Origin: Leucoraja erinacea
Lineage: Eukaryota
Assembly: GCF_028641065.1 (NCBI RefSeq)
Contig: NC_073402.1
Span: forward strand, 8,804,001-8,868,000
Length of the DNA: 64,000 nucleotides
Direction of reading: 5' to 3'
This document shows, piece by piece, positions 13,548-26,059 of the stretch. Made by a program: the position numbers and the translations under genes. The notes beneath the pieces were generated by a model. It was not told the origin of the DNA and did no database searches. It saw nothing but the letters and a program-made list of their open reading frames with translations. Each line of letters starts with the position of its first letter. Position 1 is the first letter of the stretch.

Positions 13548-14807
13548 GTATGGATATCTGCCAGTTGTTTCATCAGGGGTGGTTATTTGGGAGCTGCAGT
13601 CAACCCTTCTTCAGGACGTGCAAGGCTTAAACTGTCAATTGAACCTCTCTGATCACCATTTAGTGCAACATTTGAGGATATTGTGTTTGCAGAGGTCATG
13701 TGCCAGTGTCATCCATTAAAGAATAACTTGAGTACTGAACCAACACAAGCCTCATCTGCCATATCCATCTAATGTGTCTGCTTCCACCACCATCTCTGGC
13801 AATAAGTTCCAGGCACTCACCACCCTCTGTACAAATGCTTGCCTCACACATCTCCTTTAAAACATCTCTCATCTTGAAGCTATGCCTTCTAATCCTTGAC
13901 ATTGCCACTCTGAGGAAAAAAGTAATGTCTGTCTACCCTATCCATGCCTCTCATGATTTTATCTACTTCTTTCAGGTCTCCCCTTAACCTCTGACCTTCC
14001 AAAAAAAAAAAAATCCAAGTCTGTCCAACATCAAGGCAGCGTTCTATTAAACTCTTCTGCACTATCTTATGCCTCCACATTCTTTCCTGTAATGAGACAA
14101 GCAGAACTGTACGCAGTACTCCAAATGCGGCCTAACCAAAGTCCTATAGAGCTCCATCATAACTTCCTGATGCTTATACTTAATGCCTGACAAAATGAAG
14201 GCAAGCGTGCCATAGGCAAACTGATTCCATCACTGAGATTCTGGAGGGTGCACTAGTGTCACTGGGAACACTGGTGACATAACCAAACCAATATCCATAC
14301 TGTTATAGTTTGACTGGAGCTTCCACCCTTTACTGATAAACCTTGATATCGCATGCAGCTGCGATCAACTTCAGCTGTGATAACTTTGCATTCGAACAAC
14401 CTGACATCCATTGGACATTGTCCAAAGTCGGCCACAAAGAACAGTCGTGGGGCAAGGGCTGAAGGCTGTGATGCGGGCTGAACTCCAGCCCAGTAGGCGC
14501 ACATTACTGAGAACGAAGATGGTTATTGTGCATGAACCTTAAGTTGAGTTATTAGACGATACATGACAATTACTGCCGAGATTTCTCTCAATGTTCCCCA
14601 CACTTATTTTAGATGAAAAGATGTGACAAAATATGAGGGACGCTGACAGATATATCTTTGGGTAATTTGATTGGCAACAAAGAATCGGATGAAAGGGTGG
14701 ACAATGGAAGCCAGTGCGGACTCCAAGTAGCAGGGAAATCCAAACACCCGCACTCAGTCGCATTCCCATCTTATCCTACTCTCACTCTGACATTTTCTCT
14801 AATTCAG

Positions 14808-14912
14808 GTTTTCCAGGAAGTTAGGAAAATCCGTGCTGCCGAACGACAGAGGCGCAAGGCAGTGGCTGCAGAGAGAGAACAGTCTGTCAGCAAGGAAGGG
14901 ACGCCTGTGTGA
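14808..14912 (+). CDS. MRPS15: MRPS15 exon 8 (last coding exon)
   Basis: VFQEVRKIRAAERQRRKAVAAEREQSVSKEGTPV-stop. All eight exons join in frame (723 nt, 240 aa). Confidence 0.92.
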   Translation, partial: VFQEVRKIRAAERQRRKAVAAEREQSVSKEGTPV

Positions 14913-14972
14913 CCTCTGGTGCCTGCAACATCTGCATTGCGATGGAAGGTGTTAAAACTTCAATGTCCAATT

Positions 14973-14978
14973 AATAAA
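14973..14978 (+). terminator. MRPS15 polyadenylation signal
   Basis: AATAAA about 60 nt after the stop codon. Confidence 0.7.
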
Positions 14979-15189
14979 TATTTATCTTTTCAAATATACT
15001 AGTACACTTTTTGAAAACTTTGAGCAATGTGAATCTCATTGGTTATCATCAGGAGTGTGATGAGGCATACTGATACCAGGACATGGGAGATACTTCTAAA
15101 GGCATGATCCTGGCTTGCTAACGAGTTGTATCACTGGCATTTGTAGGTTCCCTCTACCCCCCCCCCCCCCCCCCCTCCCAAATCTACTA

Positions 15190-15327
15190 CTTCTTCTTGC
15201 ATATGGCCTGCACAGCCTAAAGTTGTTGGGCGACTTGTTCTATTTGATTTTATTTGATTATGCACGCCGGGTTGATTGCATTCGTCAAAACAGGGTGGAC
15301 CACATGATGGTTGCAATCTTCCACCCC
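15190..15327 (-). mobile_element. Short retroelement family 1 copy (ribozyme domain 15274-15327, degenerate L3)
   Basis: Same 5' end and GAA tail; TSD CAAATCTACT. Confidence 0.8.
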
Positions 15328-15841
15328 CAAATCTACTTAGCCTCAATCTGTCAATGTCTGGCTTGTAAGTCTTACTGAATGTCTGGCTTGTAAGACATGG
15401 GAGCAGAATTAGACCATTCGGCCCATCAAGTCTACTCTGCTATTCAATCATGGCTGATTTATTTCATCCTGTGCAGTGGCACAGCAGTAGAATTGCAGCA
15501 CAAGAGACCAGGGTTTAACCATGCGTACAGGTGCTCTCTACAGAGTTCATACCCTGTGACCACGTGGGTTTTCCCTGGTTGCTATGGTTCCCTCCCACAT
15601 TCCAAAGACTTGTATGTTAATTGGCTTATGTAAAATTGGCCCCATGTTTGTCGATTAGAACTAGTGTGATCATTGGATGGCACAGACTCGGTGGGCCAAA
15701 GGTCCTGTTTCCATGCTGTATCTCTAAACTAAACTAACTGCAAGTCCTCTCAACCTCATTCTTCTGCCTTCTCCCCATTACCTTTGATGTCCGTACTAAT
15801 CAAGAACCTATCAAATACCACTTTAAAAATACCCAATGTCT

Positions 15842-18305
15842 AGAATATTAACTAATAATTTACTATCTACGAAATTCCAATTATCAAGGGGTAATTTACA
15901 AGGATGTTCATTATCACCGCTGTTATTCGCTCTGGCAATTGTACCTTTAGCTGAAAAAATTAGAACACACCTGGATATTTACGGTTATAATACAAAATAT
16001 TCAAATAACAAAATATCCTTATATGCAGACGATGTATTACTGTATATCACAAAACCCCAAATCAGTATACCAAACATATTAAATCTAATTGAGGACTTTG
16101 GATCTTTCTCAGGATACAGAATAAACTGGAACAAAAGTGAAATTATGTCGATAAAACCGAAAGACTCAACACATCTCTTGAAATTCCCCTTTAAAATAGC
16201 CACAGAAAAATTTAAATATTTAGGAATTGAAATCACTAGAAACTATCACGCTATGTTTAACGCCAATTATAGCCCCTTACTTAAGAAACTAAATAATCTA
16301 ATCAAATTCTGGAAAACGCTCCCGATGTCTTTAATAGGTCGAATAAATGCTACAAAAATGATCATTTTACCACAAATCCTATATTTATTTCAATCAATTC
16401 CTTTTTTTATTTTTTTTATTTTTATTAGAAGTACGGTAAATTACAATCCTACACAACACATATATCTTAATACATTTTTTGTACCGCTTCATTTTTTTTG
16501 AGCTTTAAGAAAAAGGTAGAAGTAAGGAAAGTAAAGAAAGTGCGCGAGAGTCGTGAAGTGCAAGAGTGTTGGGAAAAGAAAGCCCCTTAGAAAAGAAGTT
16601 AGAGAAGGAAGTAAAATGAGAAAATAGACCCTAGAAAAGAAAGAAAGAGGGAATCGCTCTATTATAACATTAAATCCCACAGAATACAAAGAGCCCACCT
16701 GAATTTCAATCAATTCCAATAGTATCTTCCAAAAAAAAAGAGATGGGATTATAAATCCCACAGAGTACAAAGTAGCGCTCCCTAACTTTATGTACTATAA
16801 TTGGGCAGTAAATATTAAAAATATGATTCACCTGCTGGACAACTCTGCCCAGCAGGTGGACTGGATTGTAATGGAGAGAGAGGACTACTCTCCGTGTAAT
16901 ACAGGAGCAACTCTCCTCTCACCAATGAATCTGAATAACAAAAATTATAATAAAAATCCAATGATACATAGTACAATTAGAACTTGGAAACAAATAAAAC
17001 AGAATCTAAAATTAAGAAATCTATCTCTTTTAATGCCAATAGTCAATAACCCGTTCTTTAAACCTTTAATTATAGATAAATCATTTACACAATGGGAAAG
17101 AATGGGAATCAAAACGCTCAGAGACTTGTATGAATTAGGAAAATTATTATCATTTCAACAATTACAACTGAAATATAATTTGAAAAATAATCAATATTTT
17201 AAATATCTTCAAATCCTTGACTATCTGAAAAAATACACAAAAGACTATCATAACATGTCCCCAGACTTATTGGATGAAGCCATGAAGACAAAGGCTGAAT
17301 CAGCAAATCTAATATCATACTTATACAACATTATTTTAAATATAGAAATACCTATAACCGATGGTATTAGAAGAGACTGGGAACAAGAACTAGCTATAAA
17401 AATTTCAAAAGAGAGCTGGGATAAACACTTACAATATGTGCATAAATGCTCGATCAACGTACGACATACTCTAATTCAATATAAAACATTACATAGACTA
17501 TATTGTTCAAAAACTAAAATAAATAAACTTTTTCCCAATGTCTCACCCATTTGTGATAAATGTCAGTCACAAGAAGCTACCATAGCGCACTCTTGTTTTT
17601 TGTATAAAAATCCCAGAAATTCTGGAATGAAATATTTGAAATCTTCACAAAATTATTTAAAATAAAACTTGTACCAAAAGCAGAATGGACCATTTTTGGA
17701 ATATCGGAAAGGTAACCCCGAATTAAACGTGTTTCAAAATAACTTACTTAATTACGGGCTAATAATGGGAAAAAAGCTTAAACTCAAATTTTGGAAAAAT
17801 GCTCCAATCCCAACAATAAAAATGTGGATTTCAAACATGTTCGAAACACTACACTTGGAAGAGATGAGATTCCTCCTAGCAGGCAAAGCAGACCACTTCC
17901 AAAAGACGTGGTCTGCATTTATGGAACTATTACAAGCATAAGGTGCAATAGTAATTTAAAATGTAAATGGTACCAGGATCTGGTAAAATAAATTAAAAAA
18001 AAAATACGGTTGGTATATCCTTTTTTGTGGAGTTTTGTGTTACAAAGAGCAATTGTTTTTCCTTTTGTTTTCTTTTCTTTCTAGGGTCTTATTTCCTTTC
18101 TTTACTTCCTTCTCTAACTTCTTCCCTAAGGGGCTTTCTTTCCCCAACACTTTCCTGCACCTTCACGATTCTTGCTCACTTTCCTTACTTTTATTTCTAT
18201 CTTTTTTAAAGCTCGAAAAACGAAGTTGTACAACAAATGTAATAAGATATATCTGATGTGTATTATTGTAATTTACTGTACTTCTAATTTAAAAAAAAAC
18301 AAAAA
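15842..18305 (+). mobile_element. 5'-truncated L1 (RT C-terminal half, 3' UTR, poly-A)
   Basis: QGCSLSPLLF and YADD; A-tail at ~18291-18305; TSD ACCCAATGTCT (15831-15841, 18306-18316) inside a CR1 tail. Confidence 0.9.
16402..16702 (-). mobile_element. Antisense L1 3' UTR fragment nested in the truncated L1
   Basis: Reverse complement of the 18070-18290-type 3' UTR; poly-T start; TSD ATTTCAATCAATTCC (16387-16401, 16703-16717). Confidence 0.8.
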
Positions 18306-18315
18306 ACCCAATGTC

Positions 18316-19015
18316 TTGGCCTCCAGAGCCATCTGTGGTAGTCAGTTCACCTCCCTCTGGCTAAAGAAATGCCTCCTCGTCTCCATTCTGAAGGTGCGTC
18401 AATTTATTCTGAGGCTACGCCCTCTGGTTCTAGACGCTGCCATTAATAAAAAAATATCCTTCCTATGTCCACTCTATCCAGGCCTTTCATTATCTGTAGG
18501 TTTCTCCCTGCCCCTATAAACGCCAGTGAGTACAGACCCAGAGCCTTCAAATACATTAACCAAACAGCTCTGGGATCATTCTCATAAACCTCTGGATTCT
18601 CTCCAAACTCAGCACATCCTTGAAAAAGGGCCCAAAACTCCTCAAAATATTCAAAATATAGCCTGACTGGCACCTTATAAAGCCTCAGTATTACATCTAA
18701 GCTTTCATATTCCTGTCCTTTTGAAATGAATGCAGGCATTGCATTTACCTTCCTCATCGCTGACTCAATCTGCAAATTAATCTTTAGGGAATCTTGCACC
18801 AGCACTCCAAAGTCCCCTTGCACTTCAGATTTGTGAATCCTCTGACTATTTAGAAGGCACTCTATGCCTTTATTCCTTCTACCAAAGTGCAGGACTACGT
18901 TTTGCGATGTTGTGTTCCGTTTGCCACCACTTAACATACTCCCAACCTGTCCAAGTCCCGCAGACTCCCTGCTTCCTGAATGTTACCTGCCCTTCCACCT
19001 ATCATCCACAAACTT
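18316..19015 (-). mobile_element. CR1 3' fragment
   Basis: VLHFGRRN, LYKVPVR..EY remnants. Confidence 0.7.
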
Positions 19016-19526
19016 CAAGGTTAGTTTATTGTCACACGTACCAAAGGTACAGTGAAATTCAAATTACCATAGAGCCATACTAAAAAAAACAAGATACACA
19101 ACTACATAAAAGTTAAAATAATCATCCACCACAGTGGATTCCCCATGTTCCTCACTGTGATGGAAGGCAATAAAGTCTAATCTTCCACTTTATTTTCCTG
19201 CGGTCGGGGCAGTCCAATCATCTGGAGTAGGGGCGATGGAAGCTCCCGCAGCCGGTGATTGAAGTCAGTCTCTAATCTACGTCTTTGGAGTGTGGGAGGA
19301 AACCGAAGATCTCGGAGAAAACTCACACAAGTCATGGGGAGAACGTACAAACTCCGTACAGACAAGCACCCGTAGTCGGGATTGAACCCGGGTCTCCGGC
19401 GCTGCATTCACTGTAAGGCAGCAACTCTACCGCTGCGCCACCGTGACTGCCCCAGTTCCTCACGGATTCACATTCACCTGGGTAGTTTCATAGTTTCTCA
19501 GACTAAAGTGAACTTACTGTCAGCAG

Positions 19527-20405
19527 ATAGACACAAAAAGCTGGAGCAACTCAGCGGGACAGGCAGCATCTCTGGAGAGAAGAAATAGGTGACGTTTCGG
19601 GTCGAGACCCCTCTTCAGACTGAGTCAGGGGAGGGGGACATATGGGGGTCAGATCATGAGTGATAGGAACAGAATTAGACCATTTGGCCCTGCAAGTCTA
19701 TTCCGCCATTCAATGATGGCTGATCTATCTCTCCCTCCTAACCCCATGCTCATGCCTTCTCCCCATAACCTCTGACACCCATACAAATCAAGAATCAAGA
19801 TAAGGAAGTGTTAGGTGTGAGAACGAGAGATCCAAGGGGGTGGCGATCAAGGAAAATGGTGAATAGATCATTGTCAGCTAGAAGGTAACAACAAAGCAAA
19901 GAGAGATAAAATGTAATCAGGGACAGTCAGACTGGACGGAGAACTGGGAAGGGGAGGGATGGAGAAAAAGGGTAAGGAAGGGTTAGAGAAGTTAATGTTC
20001 ATACCTCTGGGGTGTAAGCTGCCCAAGGGAAATATGAGGTGCTGTTCCTCCAATTTGTGCTGGGTCTCACTCTGACAATGGAGGAGGCCCAGGACAGAAA
20101 GGTCAGTGTGGGAATGAGTGGGGGAGCTAATGTGTTTAGCAAGCAGGAGAACAGGTAGGTTTAGGCAGACTGAGCGGAGGTGTTCAGCAAAACGATCGCC
20201 AAGCCTGCGCTTGGTCTCACCAATATATAGGGATCCACAGGTGGAACAGCGGATACAGTAGATGAAGTTGGAGGAGGTGCGAATGATCCTCCGACGCACC
20301 TGAAAAGACTGTTGGGGTCCTTGGACAGAGTGGAGGGAGGAGGTATGGGGGCAGGTGTTGCATTTCCTGTGGATGCAGGGGAAAGTACCTGGGGAGGGGG
20401 TGGTT
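19527..20405 (-). mobile_element. Penelope-like element fragment (GIY-YIG endonuclease) with nested CR1-type tail
   Basis: IYCIRCSTCGSLYIGETKRRLGDRFAEH; flanked by an imperfect 18 bp direct repeat (19509-19526, 20406-20423); absent at the paralogous site ~29940. Confidence 0.85.
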
Positions 20406-20537
20406 TGATCTTTCTGTCAGCAGTTCACCTCGGCACTGGGCTGTATCAGTAGTCAATTTAGTGACGGACACTGAGAACGTTAACTGGATATTGGACACAG
20501 TCATTCACACGCACGATCCTTTTTGTTTTGATGCTCG

Positions 20538-20543
20538 TTTATT
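20538..20543 (-). terminator. Pentraxin A polyadenylation signal
   Basis: AATAAA on the minus strand, conserved at the equivalent position in copies B and C. Confidence 0.6.
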
Positions 20544-21174
20544 AAACTGCAATGTTACAGTTCATTCACAATCACTGGAAGCACAGAACACATTGTGAGC
20601 TTCCCAAACCTTGGTGTAACAAACAATGTGAAATCAACAGGGTAATACAGAGAGAGACACAGTAATAATTCCAATCAGCACAATCTAAATCAAGACAGGA
20701 TCAGCCTCCACCACAGGGACTTTCCCACAGTCCGTGTCTGCCCGTCACCACCACCCCCGTGCCCCTGACACTTTCTTGTCTCCATGTGTGTGTCAGAGAG
20801 ATGGCACCAAATGCACTGGACACCGCTCTGTACTGCTGCACCTTTTAACTGGGTCAGTGTGTGAGGCAGTGCCCTGGTGTTTACACCCTGCTGATCCCTG
20901 TAGACATCCACCATGGTTCACCGCTCCCCATCCCTTTCTCAACGTGTGACGGAGAATGGCCGCGACTCTTGTGTACTGAGTTTGAAGATAAACTGGAAGG
21001 ACTCAGTGAGTTGTCCCTTACCCTGATGTTAACAGCCCTTTATTTAGGAATCAACATCACTACTTCTACTACTGATCTGGTTTAGAGAGGAAAGATCGCA
21101 AAGCAAGGTCGTATTCAGCTAGAGCAGTTTGAGGTAATTGAGTTCCTCTCTGCACATATTAATGTTTACTGTAT

Positions 21175-21791
21175 TCAAAGTGGGCAATCCTTATTGTCTT
21201 CAATTGCCACAATCCCTTCAAATGTATAATGTGTTGATCCCCAGTCAATGATGTTCCCTCCATACCTGAGACAACCCTGACTGACCTTCTTAATATCATT
21301 GTGCTGTAGAACATGATCCCACATATGAACATCAGTTATCTCTCCGACAAAGGACTGATTGATGTCAAATCCTCCACCGACTGAGTCTTGTTCCTGACCT
21401 AGAATAAACTGACCAAGCCCTTTCACAACCTGACCCTTTCCACCAACCTTCCGTACACTGCGTCTCCCATTGACCCAGACTGTTATCTCACCCTCGTGAG
21501 ACTCCCAGGTCACACAGATGTGTCTCAGTAAAGCATTCATTTCTGGGAGGCTAAACGTAATTTTTTGGTTTCCTAATTCCACCCGGAGATGTGTTTTAGA
21601 TTCTTGCCAAAGCAGCAGTTCATTGGGGTTAGAGTCTGTTGCGTAGGAGAACAAACCGTAATTGCGAGTCTCTTCAGAGGCTGCCCTGAGGCAGACAGTA
21701 AAAGCAGTCAAACTGGAGAAATCAGGTGCATGCAACCTGACGAAGCTGTTGGCTGTCTTGGCTGGGAAATGCACTGATTTCCCGTACATTC
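21175..21791 (-). CDS. Short pentraxin (CRP/SAP-like) copy A, main exon
   Basis: Pentraxin signature HICVTWES, LGQEQD..GGGF...QSFVGEI, V.MWD.VL and GNIIDW; cag acceptor at 21792-21794. Confidence 0.95.
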
Positions 21792-22323
21792 CTGTAGAAT
21801 ATAAAGAATTAGATTGTTGAATCTCTGTTTGAAATGGTAACATTGTCATCTGGGCTGGAGCACAAGGTATAGAGACAATCTTTTTCCCCCAAGATGGGAA
21901 TTACAAGTACCAGAGGGTACAGGTTTAAACAGCGAGGGAGAAAGTTAAAACGATATGTAAAAGGCAAGTTATTTTGTATTGTTTACAGAATGGTAGGTGC
22001 CTAGAGTACCAGAGGCAAGAATGGACATTGGACCAATGCAAATGATGCTGGAGGAGTCATAATGGGGAATACAGAAATGGCTGATGAATTGTATACGTTT
22101 TTCATGCAGTCTTCACAGGGAAGACACCAGCAACGTGCCTGGAATTCAAGAGATTCAGGGGGCAACGGTGAGTGGAGTTGTTATTACTAAGGAGAAGGTG
22201 ACTTGGAAGCTGAAAGGTCCGAAGGTGGATGTCACCTGGATTAGATGGTCTACACCCCATGTCACTGTCTCCGACTACATTCTATCTTTGTCCCGCCCCC
22301 TCCCCTGACATCAGTCTGAAGAA

Positions 22324-22416
22324 GGGATGCAAGCAGAAGCCTCCAGGTGGCGCATCCCGGGCAGTGCTGACGACAGAAACTGTACCACGGTGACTGACTG
22401 AAGTAGCCAATTCTGC
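22324..22416 (+). ncRNA. HDV-like (delta) self-cleaving ribozyme, predicted
   Basis: P1 GGGATGC/GCATCCC, P2 GCAGAA/TTCTGC, P3 GCC/GGC, L3 TCCAGGT, P1.1 CC/GG, long P4, and J4/2 GCCAA with a catalytic-position C at 22407. Confidence 0.8.
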
Positions 22417-22490
22417 AATAACCGACCGTCAACCGTCACTGACCGACCGGAAAGACGTGATATAGAAGATGGCCGGACACGAGGAAGAAG
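22324..22490 (+). mobile_element. Short non-autonomous retroelement (family 2) with 5' HDV-like ribozyme and GAAGAAG tail
   Basis: 11 bp TSD AGTCTGAAGAA (22313-22323, 22491-22501); absent from the paralogous site in copy B (~31870). Confidence 0.85.
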
Positions 22491-24223
22491 AGTCTGAAGA
22501 AAGGTCTCGACCTGAAACGTCACCTACTCCAGAGATGCTGCCTGACCCACTGAGTTACCCCAGCATTTTGTGTCCACCTAGGTTTCTGAAAGGTGTATCT
22601 TTAGAGATTGTGGAGACATTAATGGTGTTCTTTCAAGAATCACTAGAGTCTGGAGTGGACCCAGAGGATTGGAAAATTGCAAATTTTACTCCACTGTTCA
22701 AGAAGGCTACAAAGCAAAAGAGAGACACTATAGGCTGGTTAGCCTGACTTCAATGGTTGGTAATATTTCAGAGTCCATTATTAAGGATGAGGTTTCCGAA
22801 TACGATAAAATAGGCTGAAGTCAGCATGGTTTTATGAAGGGGAGACCTTGCCTGATAAATCTGTTGGAATTCTTAGAGGAAGTCAAGTGCAGGATAGAGA
22901 TACAGGGTCGGTGGACGTGGTTTACCTGGATTTTGAGAAGGCCTTTGATAACATGGCCCACGTGAGGCTGCTAAAGAAAATGAGAGCCCATGGTATGAGA
23001 GGTAAGAAACTTTCATGGATAGGTTGGCTGGATGGCAGAAGGCAAAGAGTGGGGTAAAAAGGTTTTTCTTCTGGTTGGCCGCCAGTGTCCAGTGGTGTTC
23101 GCTGGAGTCGGTGCTGGGGCCGCTACTCCTCACGTTGTTTATCAATGAGTTGGATGAGGGAATTTATGGGCAAATTTGTGGATGATACAAAGATGGAGGA
23201 GCAGGTAGTGTAGAGGAAGCAGGGACTCTACAGAATAACTTGGACAGGTTGCGAGAGTGGCCAAATAAGTGGAAATGGAATACAGCACAGCAAGGTGTGT
23301 GCACTCATGCATTTTGATGGGAGGAATAAAGGCCTAGACTATTTTCTAATTGAGAGGATTCAGAAATCAGTGGTGCGACGGGACTTGGGACTTGCTGTTG
23401 CAGGTTTCCCAAAAGGTTCATTTACACGTTGAATTGGTAGCGAGGAAGACAACTGACATTTATTTAGAGGGGACAAGAGTATAAATACAGGGATGTAATG
23501 CTGAGTCTTTATTAGGCTGTTGTGTTTAAGAAAGAACGGCAGATGCTGGAAAAATCAAAGGTGGACAAAAATGCTGGAGAAACTCAATTGGTGACGCAGC
23601 ATCGATGGAGTGAAGGAATAGGTGACGTTTTGGGTTAAGAGCCCCACATCAATCTGAAGAAGGGTCTCGACCCGAAACGTTACCTATTCCTTCATAGATG
23701 CCTCACCCGCTGAGTTTCTCCAACATTTTATGTCTACCTTTATTAGGCTGTGGTCAGACAGCATTTGGAGTATTGTGAGAAATTTAGGGCCCCATTGGGA
23801 GAGATTTATTTAGTTAGAGGGTGGTGAATCTGTGGAATTGATTGCCACAGACTGCTGTGGAAGCCAAGGCATTGGGTATTTATAAAGTGGCGAAACAGAT
23901 TTTTGATTAGTAAACGTGATAAAGGTTATGGGGGGAGGCAGGAGAATAGGATTGAGTGGGAAAGATAGATCAGCCATGATTGAATGGTGGAGTAAATTTG
24001 AGGGGCTAAATTGCCTAATTCGGCTCAGGACTTATGAGACTTATGAAACACACTGCCATGGGTTGGTGGAAACAGATACAATAGCAGTGGTTAAGTGTTT
24101 AGAGAGACACACGAACATACAGGAATAGAAGGGTCCAGACCATGTGCAAGGAGGTGGAATTGGTGGCACCAAGTTCAGTACAGACACACACTGTCCAAAC
24201 ACACAATTAAACCTCATACATAC

Positions 24224-24287
24224 CTATACTGTCCGATCCTGGCAGGTAAATGCACATCACAAGCACAATTGTAACGAAGGGCTTCAT
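24224..24287 (-). CDS. Pentraxin copy A, signal-peptide exon
   Basis: MKPFVTIVLVMCIYLPGSDSI, GTATGT donor, phase 1 matching the main exon (226 aa in total). Confidence 0.85.
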
Positions 24288-24418
24288 TCTGTGTCCAACC
24301 TGTTGAAACAAAGAATCTCTAATTCATTTCATTTCACTTGGTGCCAATCGATTGAAACTGAGAACCAGCAGCCAGTCCCGTGTGTCAGCAACACACAAAC
24401 AGCCCCTCTGGTACTCAC

Positions 24419-24720
24419 TGTGTCTGACTCCAACAAGCCGGTTTCACATCGGGGGGTCCAATACCCTGGGCACAAGATGCTGCAATTTATATCCTGCTGA
24501 ACCCAGTCACAGGCAATCGCAGAAGAAACAGAGGGGGTGAAAAACCTGGCGGCCAACAGACAGTCCGAGAGTCGCCATTGATCTGTGTGTCAACATCAGT
24601 CAACATCAGAGTCCAGATTTTTGTCAACATCAGAGTCCAGAATTTTATCGATCTCTGACAGCTGATTCCAGGAATGCTTGCAAAGCAACTTTGATGCTAC
24701 TTTCATTCCTTTGTGCAAAC
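24419..24720 (-). promoter_or_regulatory. Pentraxin A non-coding first exon, TATA box and upstream STAT-like site
   Basis: Minus-strand TATAAA at 24486-24491; GTGAGT donor at 24413-24418; TTCCAGGAA at 24666-24674. TATA and donor are conserved in all three paralogues. Confidence 0.6.
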
Positions 24721-26059
24721 GTGTTCAATCAGTTGCTTCAGTGGGTACAACTTCCTTCTCATGGACCTGGACTTCCTACCACAGGCGTGAGGCTGACAGG
24801 CCAATAATTCCCAGGGACATGTACTGTACTTTATCCTTGAGTGGTCCAATCTTTACACTGGTTACCTTCATGTAAAGTTAGATAAATCCCTGGAGCGTGA
24901 TCCAGTGTATCATGAGACATTGTAGGAAGTGGGGGGAGAAATTATAGGGGCCCGGCAGAGAGACTGCATCATTGTTAGCCACGGAGGAGGGAGCGGGATA
25001 CTGGAGGGTGGCAAAAGTTGAAGGGCTGCAGAGATAAGCCAGCAAACTACAGGCCAGGAAGGCCTAACGTCAGTGATGCAAAGGTTAATGAAGGGGATTC
25101 TGAAGGACAGAAGCATTCAGCATGGCTTCATGTCTGGGAAATTGTGACTAACAAATCTGAGAGAGAACCAGGAGAGGAGGGAGAGTGTTGGTCTGGAAGT
25201 GAACCAAGCAACTGGGCCTCTGCAAGGACAGGACCAAGGATTGAACAGAGGAGATGGCAGCTGGGCCAACACTAGCAATGAGGCAATCCCGACTGGAGAG
25301 AACCATATTGGAATCACTCCAGGTTTTGAGATGTTTCCAACAGTATGTTGGTTTTGTTTTATAATCGCACGTCTGCATTATATTGTCGGGGCATTGGTTT
25401 CAGTGAGTTAATGACCTAAACCAATTCAACCGACTACATGGAGAGCACAAAGGGCAGACGGGGTTGTGCTGATGCACAGGCATAGAGAGTGGAGTGAGTA
25501 AATATCAGCATAGAGACCAATAAATGGGTCACTCAGTAACTTGTGGGAGTTCACGAGGAGATGGGGCCACAACATTCCACATTAGTGATAGATGAAGCAA
25601 CTGAGTGAACTGTAGACAGATTTATGGTGAACAAAGACTGGTGGATGAACAAGTTGTAAGGAGGGCACAAGGAGCCTGGAAAGGGATATGGACAGGTTAA
25701 CTGAGTGGACAATAAGTTGGCAGATGGAGCATAATGTGAGAAAATGTGAGGTTTCCCACTTTTAGAATGACGAATGTAAACACAAATATTAATTGAACTG
25801 AGTGAGACTAAAAAATGGTGATCCACAGAGCGATCATGTGATCCAAATGCATCAAACACATATATTTAGCAGGCAGATGTAGCAGGTAATTGGAAGATCA
25901 CATTATGTTGGTCTTAATTTCGAAAGTTATGATGTGTAAAAGTAGGGAAGTTTTAATGCAACTTAGCGGGATGCTGGTGAAGTTGGTCCTGGAATGTTGA
26001 ACACTTAATATTGCAGAAAGCATTGATGTTTTTTTAATAAATATTCCTCTTGTATAATT

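Larger units (their letters stand above)
22010..24040 (+). mobile_element. Degenerate CR1 with nested Penelope-type short repeats in pentraxin A intron 2
   Basis: PEDWKIANFTPLFKK and YLDFEKAFD remnants. Confidence 0.75.
19447..25880 (-). repeat. Tandem duplication unit A (pentraxin plus flanks)
   Basis: Colinear with ~29861-34765 across the 3' flank, UTR, exons, introns and upstream region. Confidence 0.8.

Noticed and set aside
13155-13652. 165 aa single-exon ORF
   Set aside because: Only 13356-13547 is the MRPS15 exon; the flanks are intron read-through.
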